In this document: piece after piece, positions 19,431 through 29,196 of the stretch
Layout: the number at the start of each line of letters is the position of its first letter
Position numbering within the stretch: position 1 is the first letter of the stretch
DNA from: Hydrurus foetidus
Taxonomy: Eukaryota
DNA length: 64,000 bases
Reading direction: 5' to 3'
Assembly: GCA_900617105.1 (NCBI GenBank)
Contig: UYFQ01000001.1
Span: 992,001-1,056,000 of the forward strand
The notes under the pieces: model-generated
The model's database searches: none
Told to the model about the DNA's origin: nothing
What the model saw: the letters and a program-made list of their open reading frames with translations, nothing else
Translations under genes and position numbers: made by a program

Positions 19431-20741
19431 TCAGGCGGCTGCCAAGTGGGCGCTCTGGTGGCGGCCCCGGGTGGCCAGCAGCACCAGTATGCCGCCCAGG
19501 AACAGGCTGGCCGCCAGCACATACAGGCCCGCCGTGGTGCTGCCGGTGGCATCCTTGATACTGCCGACCATGAAGGGGCTGACAAAACCGGCTAGGTTGC
19601 CAACCGAGTTGATGAGCGCAATGCCCGCCGCCGCCGCAGAACCGCGCAACATGCTGGTGGGCAGCGTCCAGAACAGGGGCAGGCTGGTCAGAATACCCAT
19701 GGTGGCCAGACTTAGCGCTGCCAGGGCCAGCGTCAGATCACCGCCGAAGATGCCGCTCAAAATCAGGCCCACCCCGCCAACGAAACCTGCCCCTGCGGTG
19801 TGCCAGCGGCGTTCACCAGTACGGTCCGAACTGCGGCTGGTCAGCACCATGGCCACAGCGGCCAGTCCGTAGGGGATCATGGTCAGAAGGCCGACGTTGA
19901 GCACGTCTTTCACGCCCGCCGTCTTGAGGAGCTGCGGTAGCCAGAAACTGATTCCGTACAGGCCCATGATGAAGCAAAAATAGATGCCGGCCATCAGCCA
20001 TACCCGGCCATTGCGGAAGACCTGTTGCAGGCTGTGGTCGGCGCGGCCTCCCTCGTCGCTGCGGATGTTGTCGCTCAGCAGGCGCTTCTCTGCATCGGTG
20101 AGCCAGGTGGCCTGGGCGATGGAGTCGTCGAGGTAGAAGAACACACCGATGCCCACCAGGACGGACGGAATGCCTTCCAGCAAAAACAGCCATTGCCAGC
20201 CGGTCCAGCCATTCATTCCGGCAAAGGCTTGCATGATCCAGCCCGACAGCGGGCCGCCGACCACACCGGCCAGGGCAATGCCTGTCATGAACAGCGCGAC
20301 CACACGCGCGCGCCGGGCCGCCGGGAACCAGTAGGTCAAGTACAGGATGATGCCGGGGAAGAACCCGGCTTCGGCCACACCCAGCAGGAAGCGCAGCACG
20401 TAGAACGCCATAGGCGTGGTGACGAACATCATGGCCGAGGAGATGATGCCCCAGGTGACCATGATGCGGGCGATCCAGGCCCGGGCACCGGTGCGGTGCA
20501 AAATGATGTTGCTCGGTACTTCAAACAAAAAGTAACCGATAAAGAAGATACCTGCACCGAGGCCGTACATGGTTTCGCTGAACTTCAAATCGGTCAGCAT
20601 TTGCAGCTTGGCGAAGCCGACATTGACCCGGTCTAAATAGGCCACTACGTAGCACAGAAACAAGAAGGGTATGAGCCGCCAGGTGACCTTGCGGTACGTA
20701 GCTTGCTCCAGCGTGTCGCTGGCAGGGATAGAAATGGGCAT
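19431..20741 (-). CDS. MFS transporter, anion:cation symporter (TtuB/tartrate-like)
   Basis: [58 protein letters not shown] before ATG 20741. Confidence 0.92.
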   Translation of the reverse strand: MPISIPASDTLEQATYRKVTWRLIPFLFLCYVVAYLDRVNVGFAKLQMLTDLKFSETMYGLGAGIFFIGYFLFEVPSNIILHRTGARAWIARIMVTWGIISSAMMFVTTPMAFYVLRFLLGVAEAGFFPGIILYLTYWFPAARRARVVALFMTGIALAGVVGGPLSGWIMQAFAGMNGWTGWQWLFLLEGIPSVLVGIGVFFYLDDSIAQATWLTDAEKRLLSDNIRSDEGGRADHSLQQVFRNGRVWLMAGIYFCFIMGLYGISFWLPQLLKTAGVKDVLNVGLLTMIPYGLAAVAMVLTSRSSDRTGERRWHTAGAGFVGGVGLILSGIFGGDLTLALAALSLATMGILTSLPLFWTLPTSMLRGSAAAAGIALINSVGNLAGFVSPFMVGSIKDATGSTTAGLYVLAASLFLGGILVLLATRGRHQSAHLAAA

Positions 20742-20952
20742 GGTTTGGCTCCTGGAGATGAGGCTGTAGGTGCAAGGGCGAACCGTCCACGAGCGGGTCG
20801 CCACAGGCCGGGAAAACCGGCCTGTGCGCAGTCTAGGGAGGCGAGCCTCCTTTGCCGAGTGACATTGCGGCAACCCAGCCTCAACCTGCAGGAATAGCCT
20901 TTGTTGACAAGGGCTTACGCGATGGTCCACTCCAGTCGCATGGGGGAAACCC

Positions 20953-21852
20953 CTAGACCTCTGGATCGCCAGGGTCGCTTGGCCACACAACCTGCAGCAT
21001 AGCCAGCAAGGCCTGGAGCGTGGCGGCGTTTTCGCTGGACCGTCGGTACAGCAGCGACAGCGGGCACGGCAGGCGTACGCCTTGCCACATCACCACCTGG
21101 CCACGCTGTATGACGGGCGCGGCTATGCGTTCGCGCATCAGGCTCAGTGCCACGCCGCTTTGCACCAGCTCAAACATGGTGGCCTCCTGGTCGGCCTGCA
21201 CTGAGGTGCGGTGGCTCAGGCCACGCTCGGCAAATATTTGGGCCACCAGGCCGTACTGCGAGCCACCCAGGGGCGTGGACAGCCAGGGCATGGCAGCGAG
21301 ATCGCTCCAGTCGGCCTGGCGCAGCTGCTCCTCCCAGGCCACGGGGCCTACCACTACATAGTGTTCAAGCCAGAGCTGCTGCACCGCGATGTCTGGGTCT
21401 TTGAGTGCCCCCAGGTAGAAACATGCATCCACCTGCCCGTCGCGCAGCATTTGCAGCACGCTGCCGGAGATGCCGTGCTGTAGCGCCACGTCCACGTGCG
21501 GATAGAACTCCAGCAAGGCCGCCAGCAGCAGGCCCAGGCGAATGGATTCCGGGTCGATAATGGTGCCCAACCGCAGCCCGCCCGATACCGTGCCCCGCAT
21601 CAAGGCCGCCAGCGCGCTGATTTCCTGCGTGGTATCCATCGTCTTGGTGGCCAGTGGAAGGAGGCGCCGCCCCTCTCCCGTCAGGGCCATACCTGTTGGT
21701 GTTCGGGCAAAAAGCAAGACCCCCAACTCGTCCTCAAGATTCTTAATTTGCTTTGAAAGGGCTGACTGGGTCAGGTGCAGTTGCTCAGACGCTCGCACGA
21801 GTTGGCCGTTGCGTGCAACAGCCAGAAATGCCCTGAGTTGGTTGAGTTCCAT
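20953..21852 (-). CDS. LysR-family transcriptional regulator
   Basis: ASEQLHLTQSALSKQIKNLEDELGVLLFAR HTH. Confidence 0.93.
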   Translation of the reverse strand: MELNQLRAFLAVARNGQLVRASEQLHLTQSALSKQIKNLEDELGVLLFARTPTGMALTGEGRRLLPLATKTMDTTQEISALAALMRGTVSGGLRLGTIIDPESIRLGLLLAALLEFYPHVDVALQHGISGSVLQMLRDGQVDACFYLGALKDPDIAVQQLWLEHYVVVGPVAWEEQLRQADWSDLAAMPWLSTPLGGSQYGLVAQIFAERGLSHRTSVQADQEATMFELVQSGVALSLMRERIAAPVIQRGQVVMWQGVRLPCPLSLLYRRSSENAATLQALLAMLQVVWPSDPGDPEV

Positions 21853-21889
21853 GTGATTGTTGAGGTAAGGGGTGTGTGACTGGCCACAA

Positions 21890-22558
21890 TCAGGGCATAT
21901 TTTTTGCTTTTGCCTCAGGCTTAAGCATTACCGCCCCAAACAAAGCGCTGCTCAGCCACCCCGCCAACCACGCTTGTACGCTGGGCAAGGGCAGAGCGTC
22001 AAACCCCTGTTGATCAACCATCGCAAACTGACGCACGAACGGGAAAATCGCCACATCGGCAAGAGACACCTGCGCTCCCAGCAGGTAGCGCGTGGCTTGC
22101 AGTTGCGTATCCAGGGGCTGGATGAAAGCGTTCAGCGCACGACTCTGGTGTTCGGCTGTACTCAGCTCGGGGTGCCGGGTGGGGTATTTGTAGCGGTCGA
22201 GCAAGGGTTTAAATACCTCGTCGTTCAGCGTGATCCAGTGTTGGGCCTGGGTTGTTTGGGTGGGGTTCCCCGCCGCGCGCCAATCCGCCGGGTCATGCTG
22301 GTGCAGTGCCCAGGCCATGATGTCCAGGCTTTGGTCAATCACCTCACCGGTGGGCAGGTGCAGCACGGGCACGGTGGCTTTGGGGGAAATCGCAAGCAGG
22401 GCTGCGGGTTTTTGCCGCAGCGCCACTTCGCAGATGTTCACAGCGATACCGGTGTAGCCCAGTGCCATGCGAGCGCGGATGGCGTAGGGGCAGCGGCGAA
22501 ACGAGTACAGCGTGGGCTTTGATGGGGCGGCGAAGGGGGCTGGGAATGCAGCAGGCAT
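21890..22558 (-). CDS. Glutathione S-transferase
   Basis: LYSFRRCPYAIRAR, SPKATVPVL, SLADVAIFPFVRQF. Start uncertain. Confidence 0.9.
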   Translation of the reverse strand: MPAAFPAPFAAPSKPTLYSFRRCPYAIRARMALGYTGIAVNICEVALRQKPAALLAISPKATVPVLHLPTGEVIDQSLDIMAWALHQHDPADWRAAGNPTQTTQAQHWITLNDEVFKPLLDRYKYPTRHPELSTAEHQSRALNAFIQPLDTQLQATRYLLGAQVSLADVAIFPFVRQFAMVDQQGFDALPLPSVQAWLAGWLSSALFGAVMLKPEAKAKNMP

Positions 22559-22592
22559 GGTGTTGAAAAATCTAGCGACAATCGGATGCATC

Positions 22593-23462
22593 ATGATATC
22601 CAGCCCCCTCTCTCGCCGCTCTGGCCTTTTGTTTCACATCGCTTTTTACAAATTCACGAGCTTGAACGACCCCGATGCTGTGGTGCTGCGCCTTCGCACA
22701 TTGACTGTCGATGTGCAAGGCAGTATTTTAGTAGCCCATGAGGGCATCAATGGTGTGCTATCGGGCACTGCATCAGCGTTAGATGCTATGGAATTTGAAT
22801 TGCTGAACGATCCACAGTGGGGCGATGCCTTTGCGGGTATGGTGTTCAAGCGCAGCGCCTGCATCACGCCGCCGTTTGCGCGGATGAAGGTGCATAAGAA
22901 GCCGCAGATCGTGGCCGTGGGCTTGCCCGCTGAGCGTGAGCCAAGCACCCAAAATGCAGAAAACACGCCCCATCACGGCGGCACACTGCTCAGCCCGCAA
23001 GCGTGGCGCGAGCTGCTCACCCATGACGACGTGGTGGTGCTGGACAACCGCAACAGCTTTGAGTACCGCCTGGGCCACTTCAAAACCGCGCTTGACCCGC
23101 AGGTTGCGAATTTCCGCGATTTCCCCCGCTTCATCGAAGCCAACGCGCCCGCTTGGAAGGCTGCTGGCAAGCGCGTCGCCATGTACTGCACAGGTGGCAT
23201 CCGCTGCGAGAAAACCGGGCCGTGGATGCAAGACCTGGGGCTGGAGGTGTTCCAGCTTGAAGGCGGCATCCTGAACTACTTTCAGGCGCTGCCCGATGCG
23301 GCGCAGGAATGGGCGGGGGAGTGCTTTGTCTTTGACAACCGCATCGCGCTGGACACCCACCTGCAAGAAACCCCCACCACGCTCGAAGACGTGTACCAGG
23401 GCGAGCCAGATGGCGAATGGCGCTTGCAGCGGGCGCGGCGCTTGCAGGGTGACGCGGAGTGA
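22593..23462 (+). CDS. trhO: Rhodanese-related tRNA U34 hydroxylase (TrhO/YceA family)
   Basis: FYKF, EGING, LDNRNSFEYRLGHF, MYCTGGIRCEK, LEGGILNY, GECFVFDNR. Confidence 0.85.
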   Translation: MISSPLSRRSGLLFHIAFYKFTSLNDPDAVVLRLRTLTVDVQGSILVAHEGINGVLSGTASALDAMEFELLNDPQWGDAFAGMVFKRSACITPPFARMKVHKKPQIVAVGLPAEREPSTQNAENTPHHGGTLLSPQAWRELLTHDDVVVLDNRNSFEYRLGHFKTALDPQVANFRDFPRFIEANAPAWKAAGKRVAMYCTGGIRCEKTGPWMQDLGLEVFQLEGGILNYFQALPDAAQEWAGECFVFDNRIALDTHLQETPTTLEDVYQGEPDGEWRLQRARRLQGDAE

Positions 23463-24427
23463 CCCGTGCCCCCGTGCAGGCGGCAGCGCTGCCTACATCA
23501 ACGAATTTAGCAGCGAATTTAGCAAAGTCCTTGCCCACCAAAAACGGCGTAGGCCCAAGCTGCGTACCCTTGCCCGCAGGCGCATGGCCCAGTCTGCTTG
23601 ATTTTTTGGTGGAGCGGTTCAAAGCCATCCCGCGCAGCGAATGGCTAACGCGCCTGCACGCTGGTGATGTGCTGGACGCGCAGGGTCGGGCGCTGCCCTC
23701 TGACCAGCCCTACCTGCCGCACAGCAAGGTCTACTACTACCGCAGCCTGGGTGCAGAGCTGCCCATCCCATTTGAAGCCACCGTGCTTTACCAGGACGCG
23801 CATTTGGTAGTGGCCGACAAGCCGCATTTTTTACCCGTCATCCCGGCAGGGCGCTACTTGCAAGAGACGCTCTTGGTGCGCCTCAAACGTCAACTGGGCC
23901 TAGACAGCCTGACGCCGCTGCACCGCATCGACCGGGATACTGCGGGTCTGGTGCTGTTTTCCGTGGATGTGGCCACCCGAGGGGCGTATGCCGCGCTGTT
24001 CCGCGAGCGGCGCATCGTCAAGCACTATGAGGCAGTGGCCCCGTGGCGAGCAGATTTGCTGCTGCCAATGGACTTTGAGAGCCGCATCGTCGAGGGCGAC
24101 ACCTTCATGACCATGCGCGAAGTGCCCGGCGAGCCGAATGCACAAACCCACATCGCCCTGCAGGAACACAACGGCACACTGGCCCGCTACAGCCTTTCGC
24201 CCCACACCGGGCGGCACCACCAGCTGCGGGTGCAAATGGCCGGGCTGGGGATACCCATCTTGAACGATGGCATGTACCCGCACCTCACGCCTGAATGCCC
24301 CCCCGGCACCGCACCTGACTACAGCCGCCCGCTGCAATTGTTGGCCAAAGCGCTGGCCTTTACCGATCCGGTGACGGGTGAAGCGAGGGCGTTTGAGAGT
24401 CGGCTGCGGTTGCAGGCGTTGGCTTAA
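23459..24427 (+). CDS. RluA-family pseudouridine synthase
   Basis: VADKPHFLP, catalytic HRIDRDTAG, TGRHHQLR, PILND. Confidence 0.92.
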   Translation: MTRAPVQAAALPTSTNLAANLAKSLPTKNGVGPSCVPLPAGAWPSLLDFLVERFKAIPRSEWLTRLHAGDVLDAQGRALPSDQPYLPHSKVYYYRSLGAELPIPFEATVLYQDAHLVVADKPHFLPVIPAGRYLQETLLVRLKRQLGLDSLTPLHRIDRDTAGLVLFSVDVATRGAYAALFRERRIVKHYEAVAPWRADLLLPMDFESRIVEGDTFMTMREVPGEPNAQTHIALQEHNGTLARYSLSPHTGRHHQLRVQMAGLGIPILNDGMYPHLTPECPPGTAPDYSRPLQLLAKALAFTDPVTGEARAFESRLRLQALA

Positions 24428-24504
24428 AAACTGTTCCAGTCATCGCCTACGCTTTTTGTCATGTCACCTTTTGATGTCTTTGGCGATAGTTTCGTTTGAT
24501 CACG

Positions 24505-25326
24505 TTAACGCCGGTTTTGCAGCGCAGCTTGGTACAGCGGCAGCATTTGGCCTTGCATGGCCGTCAGAGTCGCTTTGCGGTTGCCGGGCGCTGGGTGGGT
24601 GGACAAAAAGCCGGGGCCGCCGCCACCGCCCAGTTTGCCCATCTTGTCCCACAGGGTGATGGCCGCTTGCGGGTTGTAGCCTGCGCGGGCTGAGAGTTCT
24701 AGGCCAAACTCATCCGCTTCAGCTTCCATGCCGCGTGAGAAAGGCAAGTCCATCGCGATGTTTTTTGCCAAACCTGCGATTTGCATGGCTCCTTCACCAG
24801 CGCCCGCCACCGCACCGCCTACTGCCATCACCAAGCCGGCAGCCTGCTGTTGTGACATTTTTTCTCGGGTGTGTTCACGCAGCGCGTGCGAGATTTCATG
24901 CCCCATGACGGCCGCAATCTCGTCGTCTGTCAGGTTCAATTTACGGATCAGACCGGTGTAAAACGTGATCTTTCCGCCCGCCATCACATGCGCGTTGACG
25001 GTGTCTTCGTTGATGAGCACCAGCTCCCATTTCCACTTCATCGCATCGTCGCGGAACACGCCTACCTGCGGCACCATGCGTTGCATGATGGCGTAGACGC
25101 GGCTGTATTCCGACCCACTGGTGATGAGTTCGCCTTTCTTGCGGGCATCGGCGTTTTGCTGGGCGTAGTACTGCAGTGAAGACTGGTTCACACTGGCAGC
25201 CGACACCAGCAACAGCTGCGAACGGTGACTGCCCGTCACGCTGGATTTGGTTGTCGAAGCGCATGCCGCTAGCAAGAAGGCTGCAGCACAGAGCGGCATT
25301 GCCCCTCGGAGGATAAGTCGGTTCAT
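24505..25326 (-). CDS. M48-family metallopeptidase lipoprotein
   Basis: Lipobox LAAC, HEISH, EAEAD, FLSTHP. Confidence 0.92.
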   Translation of the reverse strand: MNRLILRGAMPLCAAAFLLAACASTTKSSVTGSHRSQLLLVSAASVNQSSLQYYAQQNADARKKGELITSGSEYSRVYAIMQRMVPQVGVFRDDAMKWKWELVLINEDTVNAHVMAGGKITFYTGLIRKLNLTDDEIAAVMGHEISHALREHTREKMSQQQAAGLVMAVGGAVAGAGEGAMQIAGLAKNIAMDLPFSRGMEAEADEFGLELSARAGYNPQAAITLWDKMGKLGGGGGPGFLSTHPAPGNRKATLTAMQGQMLPLYQAALQNRR

Positions 25327-25422
25327 AAAGAGGGCTCTGGCAGCGTTGTAAAGATGAGTTTGATTTTAGGGTTGACCCTGGATCGTCACGTTGAGGCGCA
25401 CGAGTGGTTCATCACGACCGTG

Positions 25423-26310
25423 TCAGTACGTCAGCCGCTCAGGCCTGATCTCCTGCAATATCGTTGTCGCAATTTCTTCAATCGACTTGGTGGTCGTAGA
25501 CAGCCAGCGGATGCCTGCGCGGCGCATCATGGATTCGGCCTCACCGACTTCCATGCGGCAGTTCTCAATTGAGGCATAGCGGCTGTTTGGCTTGCGCTCG
25601 TTGCGGATTTCGCTCAGGCGCTCAGGCTGGATCGTCAAGCCAAAAATTTTCTTTTTCAGGGCGAGCAGGGCAGGGGGGAGCTGTTTGCGCTCGAAGTCTT
25701 CGGGGATCAGGGGGTAGTTGGCGGCTTTAAGGCCGTGCTGCATGGCGAGGTAGAGCGAGGTGGGGGTTTTGCCGCTGCGGCTAACGCCTACCAAAATCAC
25801 GTCGGCAGAGACCAAATCGCGGTTCGATTGGCCGTCATCGTGGGCCAAGCTGTAGTTGATGGCCTCGATGCGGTCGGTGTATTCCTGGCTTTTGCTTACG
25901 TCGCTGAAGCGGCCGATGCGGTGGTTGGAGGTCATGCCCAGCTCGTTTTCCAGCGGGTGAACGAAGGTGCCGAACATGTCGAGCAGCATGCCTTTGCAAC
26001 CCTCTTGAATCACCGCAAAGGCTTCTTTGTTGACCATCGTGGTGAAGACAATGGGCTTTTGGCCTTCCAGTGCGGCGTTTTCGTTGATCTGGCGCACCAC
26101 CTGGTGGGCTTTGTCCACGGTGTCCACGAAGGGCAGGCGCACGCGCTTGGGCTTCATCTCGAACTGGGCGAGGATGGCGTTGCCAAAGGTTTCAGCGGTG
26201 ATGCCGGTGCTGTCGGAGACAAAGAACACGGTGCGGCGACGGGCTGTGCCGCCTTCAGTTGAGCTGGCCATCACGGAGTCTGGGAAGTCAGGGTTTTGCA
26301 TGGGTGCCAC
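25423..26310 (-). CDS. ppsR: PEP synthase regulatory protein (kinase/pyrophosphorylase)
   Basis: SDSTGITAE, GVSRSGKTPTSLYLA, KSIEEIA; divergent from ppsA. Start uncertain. Confidence 0.92.
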   Translation of the reverse strand: MAPMQNPDFPDSVMASSTEGGTARRRTVFFVSDSTGITAETFGNAILAQFEMKPKRVRLPFVDTVDKAHQVVRQINENAALEGQKPIVFTTMVNKEAFAVIQEGCKGMLLDMFGTFVHPLENELGMTSNHRIGRFSDVSKSQEYTDRIEAINYSLAHDDGQSNRDLVSADVILVGVSRSGKTPTSLYLAMQHGLKAANYPLIPEDFERKQLPPALLALKKKIFGLTIQPERLSEIRNERKPNSRYASIENCRMEVGEAESMMRRAGIRWLSTTTKSIEEIATTILQEIRPERLTY

Positions 26311-26479
26311 CTACAATGTGTTGATATTGAATGCTGAAATTGAGCTGAGCTGGTAAACATTATCCAAATTTCACCGCGCGTGCCCTGATTTTTTATAGCG
26401 CTTGAGCCCGTCAGGGGTTTGAGGTTACGAACAGGGTACGTGAGGAGACCCCAATTTTTTACTACTGGAGTTTTTGTTC

Positions 26480-28882
26480 ATGTCTTCCACACTTTTTGAC
26501 CCTGGCGCCTTGGTCGTTCCTTTTGAGTTGCTTCGCATGAGCGATGTCGACACGGTTGGCGGTAAAAACGCCAGCCTGGGCGAGATGATTTCACAGTTGC
26601 CTACTGGCGTGCGCGTGCCCACCGGCTTTGCGACCACGGCCCACGGCTTTCGTGAGTTTTTGAAGCATGAGAACCTCAACGGCCGCATCAACGCCCGTTT
26701 GGATGTCTTGGACACCGAGGATGTGCGAGCTTTGGCCAATGTCGGTGCCGAGATTCGTGCGATGGTAGAGGCGCAGCCTTTCCCCACTGACCTGGAGATG
26801 GCCATCCGCGCGGCCTTCATCACGTTGAGCGCCGGCAACACCGAGGCGTCGTTCGCGGTGCGCTCTTCTGCCACGGCGGAAGATTTGCCCGATGCCTCGT
26901 TCGCGGGTCAGCAAGAAACCTTTTTGAACGTGGTGGGCATCGAAGATGTGCTGCACAAAATGAAAGAGGTTTTTGCCTCGTTGTACAACGACCGCGCCAT
27001 CAGCTACCGCGTCCACAAGGGTTTTGCCCATGCGGACGTGGCTTTGAGCGCGGGCGTGCAGCGCATGGTGCGCTCGGACATTGGCGCAGCAGGCGTGCTG
27101 TTCACGATTGACACCGAGTCGGGTTTCGACCAAGTGGTGTTCATCACGTCCAGCTACGGTCTGGGCGAAACAGTGGTGCAGGGCGCGGTCAATCCGGACG
27201 AATTCTTTGTCCATAAACCGATGCTGGCTGCGGGCAAGCGCGCCATCATTCGGCGCAATTTGGGCAGCAAGCTGCTGCAAATGGAGTTTTCTACGCCCGC
27301 AGAAAAAGCAGCGACGGGTAAATTGGTGAAGACCACCGACGTGCCTGCTGAATTGCGCAACCGCTATTCGCTGACCGATGCCGAAGTGGAACAACTGGCC
27401 CGCTACGCGCTGGTCATTGAAAAACACTATGGCCGTGCGATGGATGTGGAATGGGGCAAAGACGGCACCGATGGCCAGATTTACATCCTGCAAGCCCGCC
27501 CAGAGACGGTGAAAAGCCAGCAAGGTGACAAGGCCGAGCTGCGCTACAAGCTCAAAGGCCGTTCGAATGTGCTTGCCGAAGGCCGTGCGATTGGGCAAAA
27601 AGTGGGCACCGGCCCGGTGCGTTTGGTACATCACATCAGCGAGATGGACCAGGTGCAGCCCGGCGATGTGCTCGTCACTGACATGACTGACCCGAACTGG
27701 GAACCGGTGATGAAGCGTGCCAGCGCCATCGTCACCAACCGGGGTGGCCGCACCTGCCACGCCGCCATCATCGCGCGTGAACTGGGTATTCCAGCCGTGG
27801 TGGGTTGCGGTGATGCAACCGAAACGCTGAAAGACGGCACGCTGGTGACGGTGAGCTGTGCCGAAGGCGATACCGGCTTTGTTTACGACGGTCTGCTGGA
27901 AACCGAAGTCACCCAGGTCGAGCGCGGCACCATGCCCGATCTTGACTTGAAGATCATGATGAACGTGGGCAATCCACAGCTGGCGTTTGATTTCTGCCAA
28001 TTGCCGAACAAGGGCGTGGGTCTGGCACGGTTGGAGTTCATAATCAACAACAACATCGGTGTCCACCCGAAAGCGATTTTGGACTACCCGAATATTGATG
28101 CTGATTTGAAGAAAGCCGTGGAATCGGTGGCCCGTGGACACGCTTCGCCCCGTGCTTTCTTTGTCGATAAAGTGGCAGAAGGTATAGCAACCATCGCTGC
28201 TGCTTTCTGGCCAAAACCAGTGATTGTTCGCCTGTCTGATTTCAAATCCAACGAGTACCGCAAACTGATTGGTGGCTCGCGCTACGAGCCGGAAGAAGAG
28301 AACCCCATGTTGGGCTTCCGGGGTGCTGCACGCTACATCAGCGAAGAGTTTGGTGAAGCGTTTGCGATGGAATGCGCCGCGTTGAAGCGCGTGCGCGAAG
28401 ACATGGGCCTGACCAACGTCGAGATCATGGTGCCGTTTGTTCGCACGCTGGGACAAGCAGAGAAAGTCACCAAGTTGCTGGCCCAACACGGACTGCAACG
28501 CGGCAAGGACGGCCTGCGCCACATCATGATGTGCGAAGTGCCGAGCAACGCGATTTTGGCGGCGCAGTTTTTGGAGTTCTTTGACGGCTTCTCGATTGGC
28601 TCGAACGATTTGACGCAGTTGACCTTGGGTCTTGACCGCGACTCGGGCCTGGAAGTGCTGGCCGTTGATTTCGACGAGCGCGACCCTGCGGTCAAGGCGA
28701 TGCTGCGTTTGGCGATTTCGGCGTGCAAGGCGGCGGGCAAGTACGTGGGTATCTGCGGCCAAGGCCCTAGCGACCACCCGGATTTTGCAACGTGGCTGGC
28801 CGATGAGGGCATTGCGTCGATTTCGCTGAACCCTGATTCGGTGATCGAAACCTGGAAGCTGCTGGCAGCGGCCAGGGCGTAA
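26480..28882 (+). CDS. ppsA: Phosphoenolpyruvate synthase
   Basis: [52 protein letters not shown]. Confidence 0.97.
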   Translation: MSSTLFDPGALVVPFELLRMSDVDTVGGKNASLGEMISQLPTGVRVPTGFATTAHGFREFLKHENLNGRINARLDVLDTEDVRALANVGAEIRAMVEAQPFPTDLEMAIRAAFITLSAGNTEASFAVRSSATAEDLPDASFAGQQETFLNVVGIEDVLHKMKEVFASLYNDRAISYRVHKGFAHADVALSAGVQRMVRSDIGAAGVLFTIDTESGFDQVVFITSSYGLGETVVQGAVNPDEFFVHKPMLAAGKRAIIRRNLGSKLLQMEFSTPAEKAATGKLVKTTDVPAELRNRYSLTDAEVEQLARYALVIEKHYGRAMDVEWGKDGTDGQIYILQARPETVKSQQGDKAELRYKLKGRSNVLAEGRAIGQKVGTGPVRLVHHISEMDQVQPGDVLVTDMTDPNWEPVMKRASAIVTNRGGRTCHAAIIARELGIPAVVGCGDATETLKDGTLVTVSCAEGDTGFVYDGLLETEVTQVERGTMPDLDLKIMMNVGNPQLAFDFCQLPNKGVGLARLEFIINNNIGVHPKAILDYPNIDADLKKAVESVARGHASPRAFFVDKVAEGIATIAAAFWPKPVIVRLSDFKSNEYRKLIGGSRYEPEEENPMLGFRGAARYISEEFGEAFAMECAALKRVREDMGLTNVEIMVPFVRTLGQAEKVTKLLAQHGLQRGKDGLRHIMMCEVPSNAILAAQFLEFFDGFSIGSNDLTQLTLGLDRDSGLEVLAVDFDERDPAVKAMLRLAISACKAAGKYVGICGQGPSDHPDFATWLADEGIASISLNPDSVIETWKLLAAARA

Positions 28883-28899
28883 ATTATACCGTTAACGCT

Positions 28900-29196
28900 A
28901 TGAATAGCATAGCTATGCCAGCCCACCCAGAGCGCAATAATGACCCGTTATGGGTCTCTTTGCACACTTCTGTCGCAGCAGATACGTTGGGGTGGTTGCG
29001 CACGGTGCTGCTGTTGGTGTGGGCCTGTGCATCGTTTGGGCTGATGTTTTTTGCCAGAGATTTGCAAATGCGGGTCGGCGCATGGTCTTTCAGCTTTTGG
29101 CTGGCCTCACAAGGGCTGTTGGTGGTCTTTGTGCTGATTGTGTTTGTCTATGCCTGGGCGGCCAACCGGGCTGACAAAGTTGTTGCACCGCCATGA
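28900..29196 (+). CDS. Small membrane partner of solute symporter (DUF4212-like)
   Basis: Two TM segments, FWLASQG; ATGA-coupled to the downstream symporter. Confidence 0.75.
   Translation: MNSIAMPAHPERNNDPLWVSLHTSVAADTLGWLRTVLLLVWACASFGLMFFARDLQMRVGAWSFSFWLASQGLLVVFVLIVFVYAWAANRADKVVAPP

Noticed and set aside
20742..20990. Extended MFS N-terminus, or a riboswitch in its leader (hairpin CACAGGCCGG-gaaaa-CCGGCCTGTG near 20802-20826)
   Set aside because: A good RBS supports ATG 20741. The hairpin is real, but I cannot match it to any riboswitch family; it may simply end the lysR transcript.
23501..23524. Short tandem duplication CGAATTTAGCA x2 near the pseudouridine synthase start
   Set aside because: Two copies in a variable N-terminus; in frame and too short to suggest phase variation.
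26591..28777. 728-aa antisense ORF to ppsA, and similar long antisense ORFs at 9853-11070, 40705-41877, 48154-49206 and 53837-55327
   Set aside because: Shadow ORFs of GC-rich, codon-biased genes; the opposite strand carries the recognisable protein.
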